64,000 bases of DNA from Candidatus Latescibacterota bacterium (GTDB lineage Bacteria > Latescibacterota > UBA2968 > GCA-2709665): positions 1-64,000 of the forward strand of contig CAXXJS010000061.1 of the NCBI GenBank assembly GCA_963662665.2, in the 5' to 3' direction. Each line of letters begins with the position of its first letter. Positions within the stretch are counted from its first letter, which is position 1. Of the stretch, positions 1 to 8,788 are shown in pieces. The position numbers were made by a program, and so were the translations under genes. A model generated the notes under the pieces. The model ran no database searches, was not told the origin of the DNA, and was given only the letters and a program-made list of their open reading frames with translations.

Positions 1-2
1 CC

Positions 3-611
3 GGCCTGCCGCTGGGTCTCACGGCCGCGGACCTGCATCTGCACGACACGTATTACGTAATCGGCCATTTCCACTACGTGGTGGCGCCGGGCACCATATT
101 CGCGCTGTTTGCCGGGGTCTATCACTGGTTTCCCAAGGTGACCGGCCGCATGATGAACGAGGCGTTGGGCAAGCTGCATTTCTGGTCCAGCCTGATCTTT
201 ATGAATGGCGTGTTCATGCCGATGTTGTTCGTTGGAATGGCCGGGGTCTCCAGGCGGCTTTACGACCAGACCCAGTACGCGTACGGGGCCCAGGTGCAGG
301 GCCTGACTGCAATGAGTTCCTGGTCTGCATGGCTGCTGGGGCTGGCGCAGATATTTTTTATCATCAATTTCTTTATGAGCATCAGGAAGGGCCGGAAGGT
401 GGAGTCGGACAATCCGTGGCAGGCCACAACCCTGGAGTGGGCGACGCCCACGCCGCCTCCGCACGGGAACTTTGCGGTTACGCCCACGGTCTACCGTGGG
501 CCGTACGAATATAGCGTGCCCGGGGCCTCGAGTGATTTTACGCCGCAATACGCGTCCGAAAACGGGCAGGTCGCTCAGCCTGAACCCGCGCCCGAGCCCG
601 ACGACGATTAA
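3..611 (+). CDS. ctaD: Cytochrome c oxidase subunit I, C-terminal part (5' end outside window)
   Basis: Frame open from window start: LHDTYYVIGHFHYV heme/Cu motif, YHWFPKVTGR, ATTLEW. Confidence 0.95.
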   Translation, partial: GLPLGLTAADLHLHDTYYVIGHFHYVVAPGTIFALFAGVYHWFPKVTGRMMNEALGKLHFWSSLIFMNGVFMPMLFVGMAGVSRRLYDQTQYAYGAQVQGLTAMSSWSAWLLGLAQIFFIINFFMSIRKGRKVESDNPWQATTLEWATPTPPPHGNFAVTPTVYRGPYEYSVPGASSDFTPQYASENGQVAQPEPAPEPDDD

Positions 612-664
612 CACCGCTGCCTGCGGCCGGAGTGACGGCCACGACAACGCAAAGGAGATAAACG

Positions 665-1264
665 GTGTCCGTTGAAGAAATTCCCCACACGGTGGAGCCG
701 CATCCGGTAACCGGGGTGTATAACGGGAAGTTCGGGATCTGGTTGTTCCTGGCGTCCGAGGTGATGCTGTTTGGCGCCCTGTTTTCAACGTTGGTCCTGC
801 TCAGGGTAGGCGCACCGTCCTGGCCCCACGGCTGGGAGTTGCTGAATGTCCCGCTGGCCACGCTCAATACGTTCGTGCTTATCGCCTCCAGTGTGACGAT
901 GGTGATGTCCTGGGCATCCCTGAAAATGGACAATTTCGGCAGGTTCAAGCTCTATATGGGCCTGACGGTATTGCTGGCGTTTGTGTTCCTGGTTGTGAAG
1001 TACTTCGAATACACCCACAAATTTCATCTCGGCATCTATCCGTCCACCAGCACGTTTTATGCCACGTATTTTACGATGACCGGCCTGCACGGACTGCACG
1101 TGATCGGTGGCATCGTCGTAAATCTCTACTTGCTGTTCCCGGGAAGCAGGCTCTGGCACACGGCGCCCGAGCAGTTTACCAACCGGATCGAGTGCGCCGG
1201 ACTCTACTGGCACTTTGTGGATCTGGTCTGGATCTTTTTATTCCCGATTCTATATCTGCTGTAA
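665..1264 (+). CDS. ctaE: Cytochrome c oxidase subunit III
   Basis: WLFLASEVMLF, TGLHGLHV, GLYWHFVDLVWIFLFP; operon context. Confidence 0.93.
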   Translation: MSVEEIPHTVEPHPVTGVYNGKFGIWLFLASEVMLFGALFSTLVLLRVGAPSWPHGWELLNVPLATLNTFVLIASSVTMVMSWASLKMDNFGRFKLYMGLTVLLAFVFLVVKYFEYTHKFHLGIYPSTSTFYATYFTMTGLHGLHVIGGIVVNLYLLFPGSRLWHTAPEQFTNRIECAGLYWHFVDLVWIFLFPILYLL

Positions 1265-1274
1265 GGAGCATGGT

Positions 1275-1592
1275 ATGGCTGATAGCGCCGAAGAGATCAG
1301 GAAGCATGTTCGGGTTTACATTCTGGTATTTGCCGCGCTGGCCGTGTTGACGGTCGTCACGGTGGGGGTGTCCTATCTTCAGATCGAGTCGGTGGCGGCC
1401 ACGGTCCTGATCGCGCTGTTCATCGCGAGTATCAAAGGCGGGCTGGTCGCCGGATATTTCATGCATCTGGTTTCGGAAAAACAGATCGTCTACTGGGTGC
1501 TGGCGCTAACTGTCGTGTTTTTTGCCGTTCTGATGCTGTTGCCGGTAATTACCGAATTCTCGGGCGCGGGCGACTTGACCGGCAGTTTTTAA
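1275..1592 (+). CDS. ctaF: Cytochrome c oxidase subunit IV family protein
   Basis: Three TM helices, KGGLVAGYFMHL motif; AGGAG upstream. Confidence 0.85.
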   Translation: MADSAEEIRKHVRVYILVFAALAVLTVVTVGVSYLQIESVAATVLIALFIASIKGGLVAGYFMHLVSEKQIVYWVLALTVVFFAVLMLLPVITEFSGAGDLTGSF

Positions 1593-1611
1593 CCGTGAAC
1601 CGGAAAACGCG

Positions 1612-1818
1612 ATGTCTCTGAAAGCCTTCCACGTGGTATTCGTCGTTCTGTCCATTCTCTGCTGTCTGGGATTCGGCATCTGGGCGGTTCAGGACTATGT
1701 TGCAACGGGCAATGGAACGAATCTCGTACTTGGCGTCGGCTCATTCGCGGGGTGCGGCGTGCTGGTCTGGTATGGTTTGTGGTTCCTGAAAAAGCTCAAG
1801 GGATGGAGCTATCTGTGA
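1612..1818 (+). CDS. Small two-TM membrane protein of the cox operon
   Basis: MSLKAFHVVF, two hydrophobic helices, coupled to next ORF. Confidence 0.7.
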   Translation: MSLKAFHVVFVVLSILCCLGFGIWAVQDYVATGNGTNLVLGVGSFAGCGVLVWYGLWFLKKLKGWSYL

Positions 1819-2111
1819 GGCGTACCTGTGTTGCCGCGGCCGTGGCCGTTGCAGTGATGTTTCCCGAGATGGTTCGGGCCTGCGCGGTGTGTTATGGAAA
1901 TCCGGAATCGGATATGGCAAAGGGCGCGGCGGCCGGGGTTCTGGTGCTTATGGGCATCATCGTGTCCGTGCTTGCGGGGATTGTGGGCGTGACGGTGTTC
2001 TGGATGGTTCGGGCACGCCGCTGGCGGAAAGCAGGTGGGCAATATCGAACCGGGCGATCATCCGGTTTTTCCGACATGAACGGCAAGTGGCTTGCCTCCG
2101 ACGCGGAATAA
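1815..2111 (+). CDS. Small membrane protein with signal peptide and CAVC motif
   Basis: GTG overlaps upstream stop; ACAVCYG followed by a TM helix. Confidence 0.6.
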   Translation: MRRTCVAAAVAVAVMFPEMVRACAVCYGNPESDMAKGAAAGVLVLMGIIVSVLAGIVGVTVFWMVRARRWRKAGGQYRTGRSSGFSDMNGKWLASDAE

Positions 2112-2124
2112 GCGGGGCGGGCGG

Positions 2125-3144
2125 GTGAGCCGGACGGAAATGGATTTCACGATGTCGCGGGGGTATCGCTGGCTGCACCGGTTTTCAGTGTTCACGGCCG
2201 GCGCGACCCTTTTTTTAATTTTCGCCGGCGCAATGGTCAGCAGTACGGGTTCGGGACTGGCGGTTCCGGACTGGCCGCTTTCGTACGGTATGGTCTTTCC
2301 GCCCATGGTCGGCGGGATCTTCTACGAACACGGACACCGGATGGTGGCGACGTTTGTGGGGATCCTTACCACGGTACTTGCAGTCTGGTTGTGGCGTTGT
2401 GAAGAACGGGCCTGGCTTCGGGGCCTGGGCGCGGCGGCTCTGGCTGCAATTGTCCTGCAGGGCCTGCTGGGCGGTCTGACGGTGCTGTATCTCCTGCCTA
2501 CGTGGATTTCAGTGATACACGCCTGCCTGGCGCAGGCTTTTTTCTGTCTTACCGTTGGTATCGCGCTGTTTACGTCGGCCGGGTGGCGGACGGCCGCCGA
2601 GCCGTTACGGGAGGCGGGCGGTGTGCCGCTGAAATGGCTGGCTGCCGCCGGCACCGGGGTGGTTTTCATTCAACTTGTAGTCGGCGCGCTGATGCGGCAT
2701 ACCGAATCCGGCCTGGCCATACCCGACTTTCCGCTTTCCTTTGGCCGCCTGATTCCGCCGTTCTCCGAATTGACGGTCGATGCGACGGACCCGTTTCCTA
2801 TCTCGGTAGATACGTACCGGACCCGCGTGGGCATTCATTTTGCCCATCGGGCCTGGGCAGTTGTTGTGTCCGGAATGTTGGTCTGGGCCGCTTGCCGCGT
2901 CCTGTGCGCGCACAAGACAAGACCCGAATTGACACGGCCTGCCACGGCGTTGCTGGCGCTGCTCCTGGTTCAGCTTGGGCTGGGCGCGCTGGTGATCTGG
3001 ACCGGTAAGGACGTTGCGATAACGACGTCTCATGTGGTGGTGGGCGCGACCGTGCTGGCTGCGAGCGTGGTGTTGACGCTTCGCGTATGGCGGACGTATA
3101 TCGCGAAAGATCTCGGTACAATGTACACGGGCTCGGACCCCTGA
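2125..3144 (+). CDS. ctaA: Heme A synthase (COX15/CtaA)
   Basis: GSGLAVPDWP, EHGHRM, HFAHR; about 8 TM helices. Confidence 0.9.
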   Translation: MSRTEMDFTMSRGYRWLHRFSVFTAGATLFLIFAGAMVSSTGSGLAVPDWPLSYGMVFPPMVGGIFYEHGHRMVATFVGILTTVLAVWLWRCEERAWLRGLGAAALAAIVLQGLLGGLTVLYLLPTWISVIHACLAQAFFCLTVGIALFTSAGWRTAAEPLREAGGVPLKWLAAAGTGVVFIQLVVGALMRHTESGLAIPDFPLSFGRLIPPFSELTVDATDPFPISVDTYRTRVGIHFAHRAWAVVVSGMLVWAACRVLCAHKTRPELTRPATALLALLLVQLGLGALVIWTGKDVAITTSHVVVGATVLAASVVLTLRVWRTYIAKDLGTMYTGSDP

Positions 3145-3164
3145 GTGTTGGAGGTTCTACCTTT

Positions 3165-4070
3165 ATGAAACCGCAGGTTGAGGCCGGGGCGGCGAGTCTG
3201 GCCCCACCATGGTTGCGCGTGATGGACTACGTGGCTCTCACCAAGCCCAAAATTACGGTATTCGTGGCTTTGAGCACGTCTGTAGGATTCGTCGTTGGCG
3301 CGGCCGGTGTTTTCGAGTTCTATCGACTCCTGCATACGCTGCTGGCAACGGTCCTGATCGCGAGTGGTTCCGCGGTGCTGAATCAGTTCCTGGAACGGAA
3401 AATGGACGCCCGGATGGAGCGGACGGCGAACCGGCCGCTTCCCGCCGGCCGCCTGTATCCGGAAGAGGCCTATCTATTCGGGCTGCTGCTTTCCGGAACC
3501 GGGATCCTGTATATGGGGCTGCGAATTAACTGGCTGGCGGGCTTTCTGGCGGCGTTGACGTGGGTTATTTATCTCTTTCTGTATACCCCGATGAAGCGGA
3601 AATCAACGCACAATACCGCCGTTGGCGCCATCGCGGGGGCATTGCCGCCCATGGGCGGTTGGGCCGCGGCGCAGGGAGAGATCGGCGGCGGCGCGTGGCT
3701 GCTGTTCGGCATTATGTTCTTCTGGCAATTCCCGCACTTTTTCTCTATTGCATGGATCTACAGAGAGGACTATGGCCGCGGCGGTTTCAAGATGATTACC
3801 ACACACGATCAGTCGGGTCGCCGGACGGCCAGGCAAATTAACGTCTACAGCGCGATCCTGCTGCCTTTTTCTTTGCTCCCCGCGCTGGCGGGTCTGTGCG
3901 GCGCACTTTACATTGCGGTGGCCGCGGCAGCGGGGTTCTGCCTGCTGTATTCAGGTATTGTGTTTGCCGGAACCCGATCCGAGAAAAACGCGAGGCGGTT
4001 GTTGCGCGCAACGCTGATTCATTTGCCGCTGCTTTGGATCGCCCTGTTGTTCGATACGTTGCTGTGGTGA
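3165..4070 (+). CDS. ctaB: Protoheme IX farnesyltransferase (heme O synthase)
   Basis: LTKP, DARMERTANRPLP, FWQFPHF, REDY. Confidence 0.95.
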   Translation: MKPQVEAGAASLAPPWLRVMDYVALTKPKITVFVALSTSVGFVVGAAGVFEFYRLLHTLLATVLIASGSAVLNQFLERKMDARMERTANRPLPAGRLYPEEAYLFGLLLSGTGILYMGLRINWLAGFLAALTWVIYLFLYTPMKRKSTHNTAVGAIAGALPPMGGWAAAQGEIGGGAWLLFGIMFFWQFPHFFSIAWIYREDYGRGGFKMITTHDQSGRRTARQINVYSAILLPFSLLPALAGLCGALYIAVAAAAGFCLLYSGIVFAGTRSEKNARRLLRATLIHLPLLWIALLFDTLLW

Positions 4071-4161
4071 GACCGGACTTTGCAAACCAGGTATTTCCGG
4101 GTGATAGGGGTTGCCTATCACCTTTCTCTTTTCGGAAGGTGACGGATTCAAGGGAGTATAT

Positions 4162-5103
4162 GTGTCGTTTGCCATAGCAGTTGCCGGGTTGCGCCATTGT
4201 TACGGAGAACGGAGAGCGCTGGACGGCATTGACCTTCGAGTTGAGAAGGGAGAAGTCTACGGCCTGCTCGGCCCGAACGGCGGCGGGAAGACGACGCTGT
4301 TCCGCATTCTCACAACGCTTCTGGAACCCACGGATGGAACGGTTCGCATATTGGGCCGTAATCTCCTGAGAGACGGAGCGGAAATACGGGCGCGCATCGG
4401 GGTTGTGTTTCAACACGCCAGTCTGGACCTCAAGCTTACGGTTCTTGAGAATCTGCGCCACCAGGGCCATTTATACGGCCTGCGCGGGCGGAGCCTGCTG
4501 GAGCGAATTGAATCGGTTCTCCGAAGGGTGCGCCTCACCGATCGGAGAGACGACCGAATGGAGACACTTTCCGGCGGACTTCGTAGGCGTGTGGATCTGG
4601 CAAGAGGGCTGCTGCACGAGCCTGAATTGCTGTTGTTCGACGAACCCTCCAGTGGATTGGACCCGCTCGCCCGGAGGACTCTATGGGACGATCTGCAAAT
4701 GTTACGCGAGGAACAGGGTGTTACGGTTTTGCTGACCACGCATTTCATCGAGGAAGCCGAGCGATGCGACCGGGTGGGAATTCTGGATCGCGGGCGGCTT
4801 GTCGCGGAAGGTGCGCCGGAGGTGCTGAAGCGTTCTATTAACAAGGACGTGTTGGTGATTGAAGCGGAACATACGGAGGCCTTGAAGGCCGATATTGAAA
4901 CGCAAGTGTGCGTTGCACCTGTGCTTTTGGACGGTACCGTACGGATCGAATGTGACGACGGGCAGGCGATGATGGCGTCGCTTTACGCCTGCTTCCGTGA
5001 ACGGATATCCGCAATCAGACTGGGAAGGCCCACCTTGGAAGATGTGTTTATTCGCAAGACCGGGCGTCCGTTCGCGGCGGGGGAGGGTGGAGATGACCGC
5101 TGA
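4162..5103 (+). CDS. ABC transporter ATP-binding protein (DrrA-like)
   Basis: Walker A GPNGGGKT, LSGG signature, LLLFDEP. Confidence 0.9.
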   Translation: MSFAIAVAGLRHCYGERRALDGIDLRVEKGEVYGLLGPNGGGKTTLFRILTTLLEPTDGTVRILGRNLLRDGAEIRARIGVVFQHASLDLKLTVLENLRHQGHLYGLRGRSLLERIESVLRRVRLTDRRDDRMETLSGGLRRRVDLARGLLHEPELLLFDEPSSGLDPLARRTLWDDLQMLREEQGVTVLLTTHFIEEAERCDRVGILDRGRLVAEGAPEVLKRSINKDVLVIEAEHTEALKADIETQVCVAPVLLDGTVRIECDDGQAMMASLYACFRERISAIRLGRPTLEDVFIRKTGRPFAAGEGGDDR

Positions 5104-5902
5104 CCCAAGGCGCGGCGAAGGGTTCCTTCTCCCGGCGGCTACGCTGTGGAAGCGGGAACTCGTGCGGTTTGCAAGAGACCGGCACCGTTTGTTCGGCGCC
5201 GTCCTGCAGCCGTTCGTATTCTGGCTGCTTCTGGGCATTGGCATGAGTGCGTCTTTCGCGCCCGCGGGTCTGGCGGGTACGATAAGTTACCTGGAATACA
5301 TCTATCCGGGCACGCTCCTGATGGTGTTGCTCTTTACCGCTATTTTCTCGACGATTTCGGTGGTCGAGGACCGGCGGGAGGGGTTTATGCAATCCGTGCT
5401 GGTCGCCCCGGTTTCCCGAAGCGGGGTGGTTCTCGGAAAGGTACTGGGAGGTACGACACTGGCGGTGTTGGAAGGGATGGTATTCCTGGTGTTCGTCTTT
5501 CAGCTGGACATCCCGGTCAGCCCTGTCTCACTCGCCGCAACGGTGGCGATTCTGTTCCTGGTTGGCCTGGCGCTTACCGGCCTTGGTTTTGCAATTGCGT
5601 GGAGAATGGCGTCCACGGCGGGGTTCCATGCAATTATGAATCTGTTCCTGTTGCCCATGTGGGCGCTTTCAGGGGCGTTGTTTCCGCTTTCGGGCGTGCC
5701 GGAATGGCTCGGTTGGGTGATGCGGATAAATCCATTGACCTACGGCGTGGCGGGTGTGCGGCACACGCTTTATATGGAGGCGCCTGAATTGACAGGGCGG
5801 ATTCCGCCGTTTGAGACGTGTCTTCTTGTGACGTGCCTTTTTTGTCTGTTGACGTTGAGCATTTCCATGGGCGTGATCAGGCGACGGGAAGGAGCGCGAT
5901 AA
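5093..5902 (+). CDS. ABC-2 transporter permease
   Basis: Six TM helices, EDRREG, LSGALFP, NPLTY. Confidence 0.88.
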   Translation: MTADPRRGEGFLLPAATLWKRELVRFARDRHRLFGAVLQPFVFWLLLGIGMSASFAPAGLAGTISYLEYIYPGTLLMVLLFTAIFSTISVVEDRREGFMQSVLVAPVSRSGVVLGKVLGGTTLAVLEGMVFLVFVFQLDIPVSPVSLAATVAILFLVGLALTGLGFAIAWRMASTAGFHAIMNLFLLPMWALSGALFPLSGVPEWLGWVMRINPLTYGVAGVRHTLYMEAPELTGRIPPFETCLLVTCLFCLLTLSISMGVIRRREGAR

Positions 5903-5907
5903 ACACG

Positions 5908-6540
5908 ATGGGCGTTCCCAGACAGGTTCGCGTTTTCTGGTTGGTGCTGATAGGCGCAACGCTGTTGATGCTGACGGTGGGGGCGTTTTTGTTTTTGCGT
6001 GAAATCAAGGCGATACGGGCGCAGTCGCGGCTGCTGCCGGTTCTGGGCAACGTGCCGGAGTTCGTACTCGTGGAACGCAGCGGGTCGGATGTACGGCTAT
6101 CGGACCTGTTAGGCCGGGTCTGGGTCGCGGATTTCATCTTCACCCACTGCGCGGGTCCGTGTCCGCTGCTTTCGGCACAGATGCAGGCGCTCCAGGCGCC
6201 GTTGCGGGGGGTGCCTGATGTGCGGTTGGTGTCGTTTTCGGTGGATCCGGAGCGGGATACGCCGGGAGTACTTTCGGAATACGCGGATCGTTACCAGGCG
6301 GATGAGGATCGCTGGCTGTTCCTGACGGGCGAGAAGGCCAGGGTGTACAGTGTCATTCGCGAAGGATTTCAACTGGCCGTGGGTGGCGTGGAAGAAGGCA
6401 CCGACCAGATTATGCACAGTCTGCGCTTTGCACTTGTGGATAGAAAGGGGCGCGTACGGTCCTATTATGACGGGACCGACCCGGGTCTCCTGGAGAAACT
6501 GCTTCCCGAGCTGAAGATGCTGCTGAAGGAAAACGACTGA
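5908..6540 (+). CDS. SCO1/SenC copper chaperone
   Basis: FTHCAGPCP, SVDPERDTP, conserved His, N-terminal TM. Confidence 0.92.
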   Translation: MGVPRQVRVFWLVLIGATLLMLTVGAFLFLREIKAIRAQSRLLPVLGNVPEFVLVERSGSDVRLSDLLGRVWVADFIFTHCAGPCPLLSAQMQALQAPLRGVPDVRLVSFSVDPERDTPGVLSEYADRYQADEDRWLFLTGEKARVYSVIREGFQLAVGGVEEGTDQIMHSLRFALVDRKGRVRSYYDGTDPGLLEKLLPELKMLLKEND

Positions 6541-6681
6541 GTTAATCCTCATCCCGGGGTGCGGTTCCAATTCCCGTTCACTCATTGCCTTTCGAACAAT
6601 GCTCAGATTAACCCCGGATGTCAGCTGACGCCACGGTCTGTTTGATGGAACCCGATAGCTGCCAGGGAGTTAGAACAAGCG

Positions 6682-7473
6682 TTGCAATCCCGGACTTGCC
6701 GAATTAATGGGGAAGCCCGGGCGAATGCGGTCAAAGCGGCTTTGCCCCCTGCCGTCACTGCTCTGAGGTATACCGTGCGCTGGACACTGGCGTTGGGTTG
6801 TTTGTTTTCCTTAATGGGATGCGGTCTTCTTGACAAACAGGAACAACCGCAGATTGTGGCGCTAACCACGGACCAGGACGAATATCCTTCCGTAGGCCGG
6901 GGAAGCAAGGTTCAGATTACGCTGTTCACAGACGACACGGACAACGACGAACTGGATTACCTCTGGACGGACCTCATGAGGGAAGCAGGAGGCCAATTCG
7001 AGGCCAGCCGACTGGATTCGCTGCGGGGTCTCTTCCAGGACTCGGTGACCGTGGTCTGGGTCGCGCCGGTCGCGGTGGGGGTCTATACGCTCAGGGTTGA
7101 GGTGGATGACGGGAAGTCAGGAACCAAAACAGAGGGGATGGTTGAAATCAATGTCACGCAGGGCGCGCCCGTGGCCGATGCAGGAATGAACCGTACCATC
7201 GCCTACGGGAGCGGACTTAGCGTAACACTGGACGGCACCGGCAGTTCAGACCCCGAGCGGGACGCCCTCCGGTACACCTGGACGCAACTTGACGGCCCGG
7301 GTGTCGATTTCGATGCCGAGAACAGCAGGCCGGTCTTCCGGGCCGTCGGGCCGGCGGATTTCGTCTTTGAATTGCGCGTCCGCGACGACGTTGTCGTTGC
7401 GGAGGGCGCAATCACAAGCGATCCGGACACCGTAACAATACGAGTGGACGACCGTCTGGGTTTTGGATTCTAA
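6682..7473 (+). CDS. Putative lipoprotein with Ig/PKD-like domains (start uncertain)
   Basis: Lipobox-like LMGC; PVADAG...LDGTGSSDPERDALRYTWTQ. Confidence 0.7.
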   Translation: MQSRTCRINGEARANAVKAALPPAVTALRYTVRWTLALGCLFSLMGCGLLDKQEQPQIVALTTDQDEYPSVGRGSKVQITLFTDDTDNDELDYLWTDLMREAGGQFEASRLDSLRGLFQDSVTVVWVAPVAVGVYTLRVEVDDGKSGTKTEGMVEINVTQGAPVADAGMNRTIAYGSGLSVTLDGTGSSDPERDALRYTWTQLDGPGVDFDAENSRPVFRAVGPADFVFELRVRDDVVVAEGAITSDPDTVTIRVDDRLGFGF

Positions 7474-8788
7474 GGCGTTGTCCCGTTATTCATTGGCGAG
7501 AGGAGCAGGCATTGACCTGCTTTTTTTGTTTCCGGCATTATTGGAGGGGACGTTGGCGCGGGTCACGGTAAATTCGGTTTTTCTCACCGCGGAAAAAGGC
7601 GCCCACCTGCTGGGTGGGATGCTGCTCTTGGTGGGGGTGGCCCGGTTTCTCGGGGAGGGCGGACTGGCGGACTATGTCTTCGTGATTGGTCTTACCGCTT
7701 TTTTCGTTCCGCTACTGGACTCGGGCTTGAACAATCGCATTATCAAGGCCGCGGCTTCAAGCCCCGCCGAAGGCCGTACCTTGTGCTCGGAAGCCATTTC
7801 GTTCAAACTGGCGCTGGCGCTGCCGGCACTGGCGGTGATGGTGGCGGCCGCCTGGGCGTTCGGAACCGGACGTGATGTGACACTGGCCGCGCTTCTTGTG
7901 GGCGTTTCCACGGTTCTGATGAGCATGGGAGACGGGCTCAACGCGGTCTTCAAAGGTCTCCAGCGATCCGGATACTGCGCCGTGCTGATGATCGGTCTCA
8001 ACGTCGTGCTGCTGGCAAGCGGCATAGGCGGGATGATTGCCGGTTGGGATATTGTAGGCGTGGGGACGTGTTATCTGGTCTGCCGGGCGGGGTATCTGGC
8101 GGCGGGGTTTGTCTTCATCCGGCGCGTTGCGGGCGAATTCGGTTCTATTCCTCGTCCGGGTATCAATCGGCGTCGGATCGTGGAGGGGTTGAAACACCTG
8201 CCCGCGGTGTATTTCCTGGTCAATCTGTTGAATCTGAACTACCTGACGGCCTATTATCAGACCGGAGGCGGCGCCGAAGCCGGCTATCTGGCCGTCGGGT
8301 ATCGGTTGGCGGCCGCGTTGCTTATTCTGATTGGCGCGAGCTTCGAGGCCGTCCTTCCTGCTCTGAGCACCCTGCGGTCCGATCGACGGGCGTTCAGGAA
8401 ACTCATTGCCCGGTCCTCTCTGGCGCTTGCGGGCGTTGCCGTTGCGGTTTCGGCCGCCGCGCACGGGATGCTTGCACCGGGGGTATCCTGGCTTCTGGGC
8501 CAGGCGTATCTTCCGTCGGTGCAGTACGCAAGTCTTCTGGTATGGTGCGTACCGCCCTTTGTGCTGTGCGGTTTGGCGCATACCGCGCTTCTGGCTGCCC
8601 ACGAGCAGGGTTCGGCGGCAGTATGGATGGTGGTTCTGGTCGCTGCGGGAACGGGCGCCGGCGTTCTGGCGCATCATTTCCGGGGCGCCGCGCTGACGGC
8701 GCTGGTACCCGCGGTTACCGGATGCGTACTTGGTGTGGTTCTCTGGAAAATGGTTGCGAGCCGGCGACCGGCACTCAAAACAGGCTGA
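7463..8788 (+). CDS. Wzx/MOP-type polysaccharide flippase-like membrane protein (start uncertain)
   Basis: About 12 TM helices, ARFLG...DSGL pattern. Confidence 0.7.
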   Translation: MDSKALSRYSLARGAGIDLLFLFPALLEGTLARVTVNSVFLTAEKGAHLLGGMLLLVGVARFLGEGGLADYVFVIGLTAFFVPLLDSGLNNRIIKAAASSPAEGRTLCSEAISFKLALALPALAVMVAAAWAFGTGRDVTLAALLVGVSTVLMSMGDGLNAVFKGLQRSGYCAVLMIGLNVVLLASGIGGMIAGWDIVGVGTCYLVCRAGYLAAGFVFIRRVAGEFGSIPRPGINRRRIVEGLKHLPAVYFLVNLLNLNYLTAYYQTGGGAEAGYLAVGYRLAAALLILIGASFEAVLPALSTLRSDRRAFRKLIARSSLALAGVAVAVSAAAHGMLAPGVSWLLGQAYLPSVQYASLLVWCVPPFVLCGLAHTALLAAHEQGSAAVWMVVLVAAGTGAGVLAHHFRGAALTALVPAVTGCVLGVVLWKMVASRRPALKTG

